NCBI RefSeq assembly: GCF_006345805.1
Contig: NC_042998.1
Span: forward strand, 130,510,001-130,574,000
Origin: Octopus sinensis
Taxonomy: Eukaryota
Direction: 5' to 3'
DNA: 64,000 bases
The notes beneath the pieces were generated by a model. It saw nothing but the letters and a program-made list of their open reading frames with translations. It was not told the DNA's origin and did not search any database. Below, piece after piece: positions 12,500 through 25,636 of this stretch. How positions within the stretch are numbered: the first letter of the stretch is position 1; each line of letters begins with the position of its first letter. The translations under genes and the position numbers were made by a program.

Positions 12500-12820
12500 T
12501 AATGTACAGGCCTATCAGGAACTTGAAGCAGGGTGACCAGACACTGTCATTCTAGACAAAAGAAAAACAAGAATGCATCATGTGGCTGCATCTGCAGGCC
12601 TGAATATAGCGGTCGAAGAAAAGGAGGAAATAAAGTTCCTTTCCTGGAAATTCGATGACTGACTGGAACGTTTCTACAAATGTGATGCCAATAGACATAG
12701 TTACCCATGTTGAGATGGGTGTAAATTAGTGTAAGATTATGTGAACAACGATTGTAAGAAAGGTCCATGAGATCGAAGGAAAATCGTTGCGACTCGGTAA
12801 CAGGAATATTGATGTATTTT
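12500..12820 (+). mobile_element. Highly degenerate REL-endonuclease end of an R4/Dong-like LINE
   Basis: PDTVILDKRKTRMH..A.LNIAVEEKEEI resembles the PD..D..KE.K REL motif; followed by (AAC)/(CTA)/(TAA)n at 12830-13065. Confidence 0.45.
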
Positions 12821-12867
12821 AGTGCATATGAACAACAACAACAATAAAACAACCCCCCCACTACTAC

Positions 12868-12908
<41 letters not shown>

Positions 12909-13012
12909 ACTACTACTACTACTACTGATAATAATAATAACGGTAATAATACTAATAATGATGAGGATTATAATGCTGATGATAATAATGATAATAAGAA
13001 TGATAACAATAT

Positions 13013-13065
<53 letters not shown>

Positions 13066-13067
<2 letters not shown>

Positions 13068-13607
13068 GCCCTGATGCAACATCAGGCAGTGGTTTTCATG
13101 GCCTCCGAAGTGTTATCATGCATTGTTTTGTCTTGGTATAAAAGATGAGCAGCAGCAAATATTCTGCTCAATACCACAGATTGGCTAGTCTGTTGTCTGA
13201 CCTTAACGTGTTGAGCATGTCCCTTAGTGGTTGACGATATGTGCATCTCTGACAACGAGCATAATTAGTGAGGGATCATCAGAGCCGTGTGCTGAAAGGA
13301 ATTATTTGGGGTTTGAATAATTCACCTCTGGAAACATGGGTGTTTCGTTCAACATCCTTAAGAAACCCTTATTCAAGGAACGTCTGAGTGGGATGGGCTA
13401 CTATACTTGAAGAAAATTCGAACTGGGCTCCACCTGCAAGGTCATGTGTTGTTTATCTTGATATGAGATCACCATGTCGCGCACATATGGTTGTAATGCA
13501 TGAGCCTGGTGTATCCTTATCAGACGAGTAGTCATGATGGGTATACCGTGCTGCGTATATTTTATGAGAGTATCCCTTTGTTGGCATGCCCTGATCTCTC
13601 ACTGATA

Positions 13608-13608
<1 letters not shown>
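13066..13608. repeat. Unclassified interspersed repeat flanked by (TAA)n and (TTA)n
   Basis: GC-richer block between microsatellites; recognised from memory as an abundant octopus repeat; no tRNA head or ORF seen. Confidence 0.4.
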
Positions 13609-13693
<85 letters not shown>

Positions 13694-13749
13694 ATATTAA
13701 TAATAGCAAACAAAAAACAAACAAACAAAGAAACTGAAACAAACAGTAG

Positions 13750-15546
13750 TCTGTCCAAAACAAGACTTCCAGTTAGGGAAGTGAAGGTAATCAGCCAAAA
13801 ATATGAGCCACTGGAAGGCTCCGGGACAAGATTGATTTCAAGGCTACTGGATCAAAAGATTTGGTGTATGTCATGCATGAATAACTGCGCAAATTAGCAC
13901 CTTGAGATTTGCAGTGATTTGCTTCAAAACATCGAGAAAGGCAATACGGTAGACAATTACAAGCCGACATCCTGTTTGCCACTTATGTGGAAATTATTGA
14001 ATGGAATACCCACAGAATCAATGTACGAATATCTAGAAAAAAAGTGGAGTCTTGCTACATGAACAGAAAAGTTGCAAGCGTAATTGCAGAGGCACCAAGG
14101 ATCAACTCCTGGTAGACAAAGCTGTACTGAGAGACTGCAAGAAGAGGAAAAGTAACTTAGCAATGTCATGGATCGACTATCGTAAGGTGTACAATATGAT
14201 CCTACATTCTTGGATAATGGAATGTATGAACCTATTTGGTATTGCATCGAATGTTGAGTGATTGCTTGGAAAAAGTATGGCCAATTGGAGGACGAACCTG
14301 ACAGCATACGGAAGAATTTTAGGGGCAGTAGAAATCAGGAGGGGTATCTTCCCAGGGTCTGCCTGTCCACACTGATATTTGCACTGTGCTTGATACCACA
14401 AACACTGATGCTGAGGAAAGAAAAAGCTGGATATGTATTCAAAAGCCAGCAACAAAAGGTCGACAATTTCCTATTCATGGATAACCACAAACTTTATGGT
14501 AAAGATGAAGCCGAAGTCAGTTACCTTGTTGATATAGTGTATACTTTCAGTGCTGATATCAGAATGGAGTTCGGACAGTAGATGAAATAAACAGCTTAGG
14601 CCGAAAAACAACGAAGTTACTAACTTGATATGGGACACTCCACGCAAAGATTGCAAAGCTAAAGGACTGTACAAGAAACTAAAAACGAGTGAAACTACAA
14701 ATAGATGGGTAAACAAAGAATACATGGATAATTTCATAGGAATATTGAAGATAAGACAGACAGAGAAAAGAGATGACTGTGGATGACTAAAAGTGATTTA
14801 AAACCGGAAACGGATGCTCTAATCTGTGCTGCCCAAGAGCAAGCCCTTAAAACAAACTACATAAAATACAGAATAGACAACACATCAGAAAGTGATAAGA
14901 GTAGAGTCTGTGGACAAAACGGTAAAACTGTATGGCATATTACCAGCCAATGTACGCCACTAGCTCAGAAGGAATATAAGAGTCGCCATGACAATATAGC
15001 AAGGTTTGTCCATTGGACACTTTGCAACATGTATGGTCTTGACAGAGAAAAATATTGGTACGACCACGAACCCGAAGGCGTCATCGAAAAAGATAATGCA
15101 AAGATCCTGTGGAATTTTATAATTCAGTGCGACCATGAGATGGAGAATAGGAAGCCAGACATAATCTTAATTGAGAAAGAAAGCAAACTATGCTGGATCA
15201 TAGATATAGAATGCCCAGCTATCAACAAGGTATGCGTTAAGGAAGAAATAAAAGTCGATAGGTATGAAGGTTAGCTCGGGAGGTAAAGCAGTTTTGGTCG
15301 AGGAAAAAGGTGGTAGTGGTACCAATAACTGTCGGAATCATGGGAATTGTGAGTAAAAATCTCGAGAAGTGCATGGAACAAATAGAGGGTGCAATAATGG
15401 TGGAGCACTTGCAGAAAACAGCACTGCTTTGAATCTCTCTAATACGCCGGATGGTGCTCGAATAGTAAGAGGTGTTACCTTATTTCACTGGTAGTGAAGA
15501 GCTGACACCATAGAACATCTCCAGCGTTATAAGCTGTGCAAAGGCA

Positions 15547-15547
<1 letters not shown>
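13750..15547 (+). mobile_element. 5'-truncated R4/Dong-like non-LTR retrotransposon (RT + CCHC + REL), pseudogenised
   Basis: [24 protein letters not shown].., FLFMDNHKLYGK, LKPETDALICAAQEQAL, RVC..HITSQC..RHDNIA, RKPDIILIEK..WIIDI; followed by a 3' (TAA)n tail. Confidence 0.9.
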
Positions 15548-15637
<90 letters not shown>

Positions 15638-15650
15638 TAATAATAATAAA

Positions 15651-15693
<43 letters not shown>

Positions 15694-15709
15694 GTAATAA
15701 TAATAATAA

Positions 15710-15799
<90 letters not shown>

Positions 15800-15840
15800 A
15801 ATAATAATAATGATAATAATAATAATAATAATAATAATAA
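15548..15840 (+). repeat. (TAA)n/(TGA)n compound triplet repeat (tail/target of the LINE)
   Basis: Directly visible. Confidence 0.95.
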
Positions 15841-16580
15841 TCTGCAGCAAAATATGTTGCATGCTGTAATATTTGTAAAGTATGTGGTATCCCGCACATT
15901 GCATCTCGGGTAGGTTCGGCACTGAGATGAATAAATATTATTTTTCCTTATTGTAAGAGTGCCGTTTAGTAGAGAGCCAATTCAATAATTTTATATGTGA
16001 TTCTACTGTGGGTGTTACCTGGCGAATGAAAAATCCGACGCGGTATTTCCTTATAAGATAAAAATGATTAATTTTGACAAGATATACGGCGGAATGAATC
16101 TATTCTAGAAAGTACACATTACCCAGTGACCAAAGTATACGCGGAGATATTAGTCATGCGCACATCTACGTGATAAACCATACGCACGCAAAGATTTAGA
16201 GTGAACTATATAACCATTTATAAAATTCATTTACAAATATGATCTGTAGAAAATTTCCTTATCGTTGTTGATCAAACTTATTTAATATATGTGCGTGCGT
16301 CTATACATACAGAAATACCTACATACATGCATGCACGCATACATGCATACATGCATACGTACATACATACTGCATGCATGCATACATACATCATACTAAT
16401 GTATATATACACACATATATATATATATATAACTAAGTATATACGTGCGCGTATGTATATGTATGTGAATATATATATAAATATATATATATATGTGTGT
16501 GTGTCTGTTCATGTATATCAATATTTACGTGTGTGTGTATATCAATATTTACATGTATATATACAATATAATATATGCAC

Positions 16581-16623
<43 letters not shown>

Positions 16624-17324
16624 CAATATACAGATATGCATATATATGTATGTACGTATGTATGGATGTGTATATGTGGGTATGAATGTATATATATTAT
16701 ATCCTAAATGCAGTATATTTAAGGATATATTACGTTCATCTAGTTAAGGATTGGAAATATCATTAATGGAATTCGCACTAAAATTGATTTAAATAATTTG
16801 AGCATGGCGTCGTATCTCTTGTTTTAATGGATTAGTTTTAAGAGCAAGACGAAAGCATCGCACATGATCCATTTCAGTACTACACAGATCGGTTCAGAGA
16901 AAGCAGGAAATTCACTTCTGATTCAGACATCTAGGTCGACTTCTAGTAATCGACTGGACTATTCTAGAAGCACACATTCTCCAGGTGAAAGTGATATTAA
17001 ATCACGCGACAAAGTAGTGAGTGGTTGTATTGAATCTAAAAGTAACACGTGATAGTTTCTTAAATTACATTAAGACTGATATGAAACGTATAATCTTGAC
17101 CGTAGCGAACACTATACAGAAGAACAAAGCTATGAAGAAGAAGCTCTTTTAGTTAGGTGTAGTATTCTTCCTGTAATGTTTTGGGCATAACATTTCTTTT
17201 AAAATATCCGATTTGTTTGCGGATGTCATTAAAGGATAATAATCTGGAATGGAAGTAGGAATATATATTTCTAACCTGAACAATAACATTCTTGAAGATT
17301 ATATCCGCTGATCCATTTCTTTCC

Positions 17325-17595
17325 TTCTTTTATTCTTGTATTTGTTTCATCCATTTGACTGCGGCCATGCTAGAGCACCGCCTTTAGTCGAGCAAACCGA
17401 CCCCAGGACTTATTCTTTGTAAGCCTAGTACTTATTCTATCGGTCTCTTTTGCCGAAACGCTAATTGACGGGGACGTAAACAGACCAGCATCGGTAGTCA
17501 AGTGATGTTGGAAGGACAAACACAGACGCACAAACACAGACACACACACACACACACACACAGACACACACACACACACACATACACACACACAT

Positions 17596-17631
<36 letters not shown>

Positions 17632-17700
17632 GGGACTGAACCCAGAAACATGTGGTTGGTAAGCAAGCTACTTACCACACAGCCGCTCCTACGTCTATAG
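17325..17700 (-). mobile_element. tRNA-derived SINE with internal (TG)n and CR1-like 3' tail
   Basis: Minus head GGAGCGGCTGTGTGGTAAG...GGGTTCAGTCCC (A/B-box-like); tail AAGGCGGTGCTCTAGCATGGC...AAGAATAAAAGAA. Confidence 0.8.
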
Positions 17701-18149
17701 AGTATGGCAAAATTAAAACAATACTATAGTATAACATAATATAATACAGTATTACACACACTCACACAGACACAGACATACGGACAGACACACATACACA
17801 TTCGATTCAGATGAATTAGTCGCCAACAATATGTTGCTAGTTTTCAGATTAGTCTGCTACGAAAGTGTTTTAAATTTTGTGTTCAAAACACCTACCCGGA
17901 GAGACAACATTGGTGTTTTTCAGGCATCTTGTTGAACTAATACCGAAATACTTCTGTGAATGATTTTTATAGTATATAAGGTCAGCTTGCTTTAGTATTT
18001 TTTACTTAAAATGTAATATGTAACATAAACTTGATTCTCCTGGTGAAAGATATAATAATCAAAGTAAACAGTGTCTCTCAAAATATAATTTCGTGACGAA
18101 ATATATGCTGTTCAAAAGGACACTGTAAAATTTCAATTCAGCGATAAGT

Positions 18150-18182
<33 letters not shown>

Positions 18183-18184
18183 CA

Positions 18185-18246
<62 letters not shown>

Positions 18247-18504
18247 GCAATAATAAATCTCTGAGCGAGAAAAAAACAATAGTAGCAGGGAATCGTATAT
18301 TTGCTACCTAAATGTGGCGGACTCATAAGGGACGATGTTACTGATGTTTATACCGCCAGGATGACATCTCCTCCAGCTGGCTAACGACACACTGTTTGTT
18401 TCTGATTAGTATTTGCGAAGGGAAATCATCGTTCTGATCTCTAGCCTTACGTGATACATTGAATCGAAACAACAACAATATATATAAATATATATATATA
18501 GTAA

Positions 18505-18912
18505 GGAAATTTTTTTTTTAAAATTGGTACCTGCCCCTTTCTACTTGAAGGCTCTGAATTTACCTTCAAACAAGGTACGAAGTTTAAAATCAAGACTAAC
18601 TTCTCCTGTTCCTCCGAGAACCTTATCTACGTTCTCACATGCGCTGGTTGCCAACATAATTATGTTGGACAAACGAGTCTCCCGTTACGTAAACGAGTAA
18701 CGGTGCATAAAGAACAAATAAATCTCCCGGAATACCGACAAATTCCACTGAGTGACCACTTAGACTCATGTGCTAAAGACTTAAACCCCAAATTCTATAT
18801 ATTCCCCTTCTACCAATGTAAAGACGGGATCACCACACAGGAGAGAATTAACAAGGAGAATCTCTTTATTGAAAAATTCCAAACACAACTTAATATGCAA
18901 ACTCCTCGTTGA
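18505..18912 (+). CDS. Stop-free C-terminal GIY-YIG endonuclease fragment of a PLE (Neptune/Penelope-type), 5'-truncated
   Basis: Open frame KIGTCPFLLEG..NFSCSSENLIYVLTCAGCQHNYVGQTSLPLRKRVTVHKEQ..LSDHL..ENLFIEKFQTQLN; extends ORF 18703..18912 upstream. Confidence 0.85.
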   Translation, partial: GNFFFKIGTCPFLLEGSEFTFKQGTKFKIKTNFSCSSENLIYVLTCAGCQHNYVGQTSLPLRKRVTVHKEQINLPEYRQIPLSDHLDSCAKDLNPKFYIFPFYQCKDGITTQERINKENLFIEKFQTQLNMQTPR

Positions 18913-19543
18913 TCAAATTTCCTTCTCTACCTCACTCTTCATGGATGGACTAACACAAATATATAAAGATACCATGCATTCATCACTTCAAGCTAAAACT
19001 TATATTCTTTAAATATCATTTTTACTATTGTTGTTATTACTATCATTTTTATTATAAATGATATGACAATTTGAAATGCAATTGTCTATGCAGATTTATA
19101 TTATTAGAAAATAATATAAATAAAGTGTTAAAATCTGAAAGTTAAGTTAACAAGCAATTATATAAAAAAGATAATGCAAATGAAGCTAAAATGATAGTTT
19201 TATAATTTGGGTTTTATTGAAGAACTCAAAAGAGTTGTCTCCCCTTACCCACAACACAGGAACTGAAGAACCAGGACCACAATTACTACTACTTCTTGTC
19301 CTGCAACATGCTGAATTTAACAACACAACACATCACATGCTCTTAATCCCTTTGGATCTTAACACCTCAAGGTAATTTTTTGGTAAACAACCATAAAACT
19401 CAAGATACACAACGAACTCACAATGTATCGGAGAACTTATTTTTTAATTTTTGTACATTTTTATCATTATTCTTTTACAAAAAACAATGCAATTTTCTTT
19501 TTTTCCCATTTCTAATTTTTAAAATAACTTCTTAAAACATAAA

Positions 19544-19584
19544 TATTCTTGACAAGTCATACAATGACGAAAACCGGTTGAATA
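19544..19584 (+). ncRNA. Degenerate minimal hammerhead relic in the PLE 3' region
   Basis: tattc TTGACAA GTCAT-aca-ATGAC GAAA aCCGGtt gaata. Stems I and II are intact and the ACCGGT loop is palindromic, but the core has 2 substitutions and an extra A. Confidence 0.55.
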
Positions 19585-19720
19585 AATATATATTTATATA
19601 TTTTCTCATTTTCTCATTTTATTAAAATTTTATTTCATTTGAGCATTCTGCTTTTTTAAAAAAATTTTCCTTACTTATCATTTCTCCACGTGCGGTCAAC
19701 ACAACCCCACCATTTATTGA

Positions 19721-19755
<35 letters not shown>

Positions 19756-19861
19756 CTACATAAATAATATTTTTATAAACAAACCCGCAATTCCTTGCGA
19801 TTTACGGAGAGATATCTACTGTGGAAGGCTCATAGTATAATAACTGTACAATAACAGTATA

Positions 19862-20367
19862 TCTATATATATAAAACTCTAGTTGTGTGAGTGTCTGTCC
19901 CCTTCGATTTAGATTCCTAACTCCTCCCACATTTTGCGGTGCAGTTTAACCAAATTCGGGTATCTTATAGTCGTGATTCATATCGAGCCCGTCTGACTAT
20001 TAGCGCGCGTCAACGATGAGTCTACGATTTTAAAAATAATTTAACATCATTTTTTATTCCATTTTAATGCATAAAATGCATCGTATGTCGATGGCGGCGG
20101 AGTTGGCGTCCACGCTCACAGCTGCACCTGTTTGCTTCTCCCCCTTCCCTCCCTCGTGAAGCTGTGGGGAAGGGAGTGTAAAGAAATCAACGTCGTAATG
20201 CGTTGTGAAGGAAACCAGCGTTCTTTTAGAACAACGACTTCATGGCTTGAAGACACCAAAACAAAAATGGCTAAGAAAGCCCGAATTTATAAGGGAAGTA
20301 ACTCTCTAAAAATGCTTATATAGTTATTTCCCTTACAAACCCGAGCAACGCCGGGCGATACTGCTAG
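19862..20367 (+). mobile_element. Non-autonomous Helitron
   Basis: A|TCTATATATATAAAA 5' end; 3' hairpin CCCGAGCAACGCCGGG followed by CTAG|T; no TSD. Confidence 0.85.
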
Positions 20368-20694
20368 TAATATATATTATAATGATATTTATTCTGATTT
20401 TGAAGCAGTAATTTTTAAATATAAACAAATGACCGAAATATGAGTAGCTAACCCCAGACTGAATTGAACCCACGAATCGATGCTTTCATGGCTCTTTGCG
20501 AATCTGATTGGCCAAACGCTCACCCATTAATTTCAGTCAAATTTAATTAATATATTCTTAAACTGTCTTAGTACTATATAAATAATATTTTTAAAAATTG
20601 TCGCTTGAAAATCGGAGAATAAATATCATTATGATATATATTATATACAGTTATTGTATATACAGATACACACACGCACACACACACACACACG

Positions 20695-20761
<67 letters not shown>

Positions 20762-23028
20762 CGTTTTTGGATTTGGTTTACAAGGTTCTTTATATGATTC
20801 CGTGTGTTGGTGCATATTCTGTTTTGTCAGGGGAGTCATTTTCTTTTTGCGTCATATAATATAACAACTCAGCGGTAAAATTTCCACTTTTTAAAATTTT
20901 TATTTTCCTAAAATTTTCGTTGCGTCTTGCAACCTTTTCAATAGTTTTGACTCTCAAAACTATAGGGGCGATAAAATAAATACTAGTTGAGTAATGAAGT
21001 CGACGTATTTGTCTTACCCGTTCGAACAAAATTGCTGGATTTGTGCCAAAACTTGGAACCATTACACAACACTCTTTAAAATTCACACTCTCATACAAGC
21101 ACAAGCGTACTCGCAAACTCACCCAACCGTTCACACATAGACTTACGCAATCACACACATGCAAAAATGCATGCTAAACACAATATATCCCAGCATTTCT
21201 TTCTGTTTAAAGGAATTTAATATGTACATGTGTATAATATTACATCATGAACTGAATTTCATGCCAAGGAGAAATTAATTATTTGAAAGACGTTTGCGTA
21301 TTTATAGTCGTGTGCTAATTTTACGACGGGGATGTGACTTATTAATAATAGTCGCTTAAAAATAAACTCCTTTCATTCGTATGTCAATTACTGTAGGGTT
21401 TCATTTACTTTATATCAACAAACACATACAATCACACACACACATTATGTGTGTGTATTAGTATTTGTATGTAAGGTATCTTGACACGGAGAATATACAA
21501 TTATTAAAACAGAGTATAATACTGAAAAAAAACCTGTCGATAGAAACGAGTAATAAATCCGCATTGGTCAAACGAATTTTCTTTCTGTTTGAATTTATAT
21601 AAAACGTTTTGCAATTTTTCCGGTTTTCTTTGATTTTTGCTTTTTCCACCGTTTTGTTCTGTTAAAGCTAATTCAAAATTCACTCTACTGATGCAAATAT
21701 ATTTGGTTTATTAAAGTAGGCTGAATCGATGTACAGTGTTTTTATAAATACATAGGAGAACTGGATGCCTACATTCCGGTGAAATGTGTTTGAATGGTTC
21801 CCTCTCCAAGTACTAACAATTTTTATTTGACACTACAATCAGGGGATACGCTGTGATCGTTGTAGTTTTGATGATTTTGACGATGATGATGATGATACTA
21901 AGTTCTAATTTATAAATATCAGTACTGATGAGATCGAGCGAATAATTTTTACCGTCTACAGATGTTGAGCGAATTGTTTTGAACATATACATAACTAGGG
22001 CTACAATCAAATAATTATGTATTTGTAGGGCATGAAAATAGTCTATTTGCTAAGGCCTTTCTAAAATACTTGTTATATTTTTCCGCGTCAATTTACACTG
22101 TATTTCTTTGACCATTCAGTCCCAGACGTCTATGAGTTGAATTGGACGTGTTCATATTTCAAATACAATTGTAATGAACTGAATAATTACAATAAAGAAC
22201 GAAGAAAGAAGTAAACTTTATTAGAATTACTTATTTTTGTTTTTAATCATTAATCTGAAATCAAAAGAGTTTGAAGTATTCCAGTGCAAGTAGAAAATAT
22301 AGAATATCATTGACAACCTGAATGACTTTGTAGCGACTTGATATGTTCCAATCAACCAGAAGACTATTATATGAGACGCAATTTGGGAAGTTATGTTGTG
22401 AGGTAACTTAATAGAATAAGGATAGTTGATGAGTGCTTTGTAAAAGATTTTTTAAATAATTAACGTTAGATATTATCTACAGAAACAGACATACACACAA
22501 CTATTTATTTGTTTATACAGAGGTACTTAGACAGGCTTCAGTCAGAGCTGGTGCAATGTATGTCTAACTGGAGAAGAATTTAATGAGGTTTCATACGTAG
22601 AGTACCGTAGCTCATTCGAGTAACATATTCTTCGCAGAGATATATCTGAGTATAGGTGGTTTATTTGCAATTTGTTAGAGTAAGTCATCCGTTTGAATGT
22701 TATGTTTTTTCTTCTCTTATGTGTTTAGCATGATGTTAAAGGTAGCAGGGACAATTGAGAGGAAATCGTTGCAGAAGATGGATGGAACCTTGGGTGATTC
22801 TTGAATTTAATAGATAATATTGATAGAATATTTTCCATTGATTGGGCAATATTGATAGAATATACTCTACATCATACAAATGATAAAGCGCTCGCTTGTG
22901 CTTGTCACCGATGCCCTACATTTTGAGATTGATCTCCGGGTTTCTTTGATATTTATATTTCGTTTCGTCAAGGAAGAACATAGTAGACAACACAGTTCAA
23001 AGTTGGATTTGTGTATGTAGTGATATGT

Positions 23029-23065
<37 letters not shown>

Positions 23066-23199
23066 ACATATACACTGACACATACATATATTATGTGTGT
23101 ATATATACATACATATACTCACATACATATACATATATACACAAATATACATGCACATATATTTACACACATGTCCGTATATGTAGTATTAAATGACTT

Positions 23200-24209
23200 A
23201 GATCCTTAAATTAAGACCGAGTGGTTAAATAATTAAAGATTAAATATTAAAATGGAGATAAAGGGAAGTTAAGCAGGGTTGTTGGGGATAACCTAAGTTG
23301 TATCGTGGATATATACTGTGTGATTATTTAGGCTACATTTAGATATGTGGTAAAATTTGAAGGTATGAAAATGCGCTGGTTGCATTACTTACGGCGTCAT
23401 TATATTCATTTAGTAGTGTTGAGGAGTTGTTTAATATGTAGAATGCCGTTTTTAGGCATAGCTTACCGGATAAGCGTTGATCTTGGATTGAAAGCCATGT
23501 CAAAATATAGAGAATATTTCTATTTTTCAGATGATGTATGTGACTGGCGAGTGTTCTGGATTTACTGTGTTTCTTATATCTAAAAGAACTGAGATGATCG
23601 GCATATCGCCGTTTAAAAATTATGGTTGAACCTATATATATATATATAGCTGTAGAATTGTGTAATATGTTGAGGAAGATACATTTATAAATTACATTAG
23701 ATCTTCTACAATGGGTTTGTAGAGGGCAGATGTACCCAGGACGGCAGTTACAAGTGGGTGTATTTTGGGGATTATTGTCAGGAATGGAGGCGGCAATAGT
23801 GTCAGAGGAGAAGTTAAAGAGGGGGGTAGAAAGGTCAAACGTGTTAGTATTATTACTACTATTATCGTTATTGTTTCTATCATTGTTATTAATTATTCTA
23901 TCTGTAAGGGTGGTGGAAGTTGTGGTACTATTACGGATAGTGTTAGTAGGATAGGTTGGGTTATGGTTGTGGTCTAACGTATGAGGTTCAATGCTGGACC
24001 TGTGTGTATGTTGGCTCTCATGTATTCACAGTTGTTATAGCATGAGTTTTGATAGTAGTGTGAAAGCTTTTGTTTATTAGAGGCTGGTATGATAGACTCG
24101 AACTTGGGTGCGTTGGAACAGGATAGCTGCAGGGTAGATCTATTAAGCACAGACTAATATTTATGTTGACAAGGGAAGTTGGAGTCCAGCATATTAAAGA
24201 AGGATTTAG

Positions 24210-24210
<1 letters not shown>
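23200..24210 (-). mobile_element. 5'-truncated PLE with CxCx5C linker and VIY-YIG endonuclease
   Basis: AKSFFNMLDSNFPCQHK..NRSTLQLSCSNAP (24090-24210), then the open frame below; bounded by microsatellites. Confidence 0.8.
23339..24025 (-). CDS. 228-codon stop-free frame: N/T/S-rich linker + GIY-YIG endonuclease (no start codon; not in the ORF track)
   Basis: Manual translation ...PTCNCRPGYICPLQTHCRRSNVIYKCIFLNILHNSTAIYIYIGSTIIFKRRYADHLSSFRYKKHSKSRTLASHIHHLK... Confidence 0.75.
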   Translation of the reverse strand: MHESQHTHRSSIEPHTLDHNHNPTYPTNTIRNSTTTSTTLTDRIINNNDRNNNDNSSNNTNTFDLSTPLFNFSSDTIAASIPDNNPQNTPTCNCRPGYICPLQTHCRRSNVIYKCIFLNILHNSTAIYIYIGSTIIFKRRYADHLSSFRYKKHSKSRTLASHIHHLKNRNILYILTWLSIQDQRLSGKLCLKTAFYILNNSSTLLNEYNDAVSNATSAFSYLQILPHI

Positions 24211-24245
<35 letters not shown>

Positions 24246-24384
24246 TTTATAAATTCAAATAGAGATTAAATTAACCTCATTAAGGGATGGTATCATGCAA
24301 TGAATCACTGGTTCAATACCTAATATTTGTTGTGAATAATAATATTCATAAAGCAATAGGTTTATATATAAATCATGGGTTATA

Positions 24385-24745
24385 ATCTTTCAAATGAAAG
24401 TAAAAAACTGGAGATATAGCATTTAATAAAAATTATTACCTGCAAAAATCAAACATTTTCCCTTACAGCTGTTTCAATTAGCCTAAGAAATTAAATAGCA
24501 ATTATTAAACACATTATATAAGGCAAAATATCTTCAGAGGGGTAGAAAAAAGATATACCATTAATTTTTTTTTACTACCCCTCTGAAGAGATTTTGTCGA
24601 ATATAAAGATTTTAATAATTGCTAGTTAATCTATTAGACTTCCTTAAAACAGCGGTAAGGGACTGTTTGATCTTTTGTAGATAATAAGGGTATATTAAAT
24701 GCTATAACTCCATTTTCTTACTTTCTTTTGAATGTTTATATATAT
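24385..24745. repeat. Imperfect palindrome, ~165-180-bp arms with a short central spacer
   Basis: 24385-24550 matches the reverse complement of 24565-24745 (e.g. ctacccctctgaaga, aataattgcta, aaacagc.gtaaggga, tattaaatgctata). Confidence 0.8.
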
Positions 24746-25636
24746 AATATGAACGGTCGCGGTAGGGATAACGTCAGAAGGAAACTGATAAAGGTTTATA
24801 AAATAATTTCTCCTTAATATAAAGGGTAACATCAACGTAATGACCAACACTAGCTGGAGAGCATTTCTTCAAAGAAACTTAAGAATCATTTACATTTTCG
24901 AAGCCAATATTGTCATGCTTAATATAGCTTCCAACACTTTTGGCTATAAGGGAAGCAACGACTCATCACACAGTAGTCCTTGCATACTCTAGACTCTAAT
25001 TACCGAATCCAACTAACTTCACACTTGAAGAGCCATGCAAATCAATATCAACAGGAAAACGGATTTATTATATTGTTTCCATCAGGATTAAATTCTGTTA
25101 AAAACTTCACACCATTGACCACAGAAACGCCATTCTAGAGCTAGCTTCTTTACACATAAATTCATTGTATCTGATCTTTGTTTGCTAGCAGAGGGATTAT
25201 TTCCGCTTCAGCGCCTTAGAAGTGAGGCCAACTGCTACTCAGTTATATTAGCACCATGCTGTCTAATCGTCACCCGAACAACAGCACGTCACCACGAGGT
25301 AACTTACGCTGCTGAAATATTCTACCCTACAAACAATAGTCTCCCTGACGCCAATATCCTGTTTGTTTTATCAAACAAAGCATATAATGAAAGAATCTCA
25401 TTCAGCGCTTGCTCAATGTAGTTTCTTTATCTAAACCGACCAATTGAGAATAAAATATTATTTGATAATGTTTTTAATAATTTACGAAAAGTATCTACAC
25501 TCTCTTTGTGCATCTAAGAATGTGTGCAACCCTTTTACAGATTATGTCTACAGCTTTTGTTTGTTCACCACCGCATAATTAAAGCATTTATATGCACGTG
25601 TATATTAAGTCGGTTAGAAAGAAGGCACGAGATAAA

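Noticed and set aside
21920-21955. CTGATGAGATCGAGCGAATAA HHR-like motif
   Set aside because: Stem II mismatch and the A15.1 position is altered; compatible with chance.
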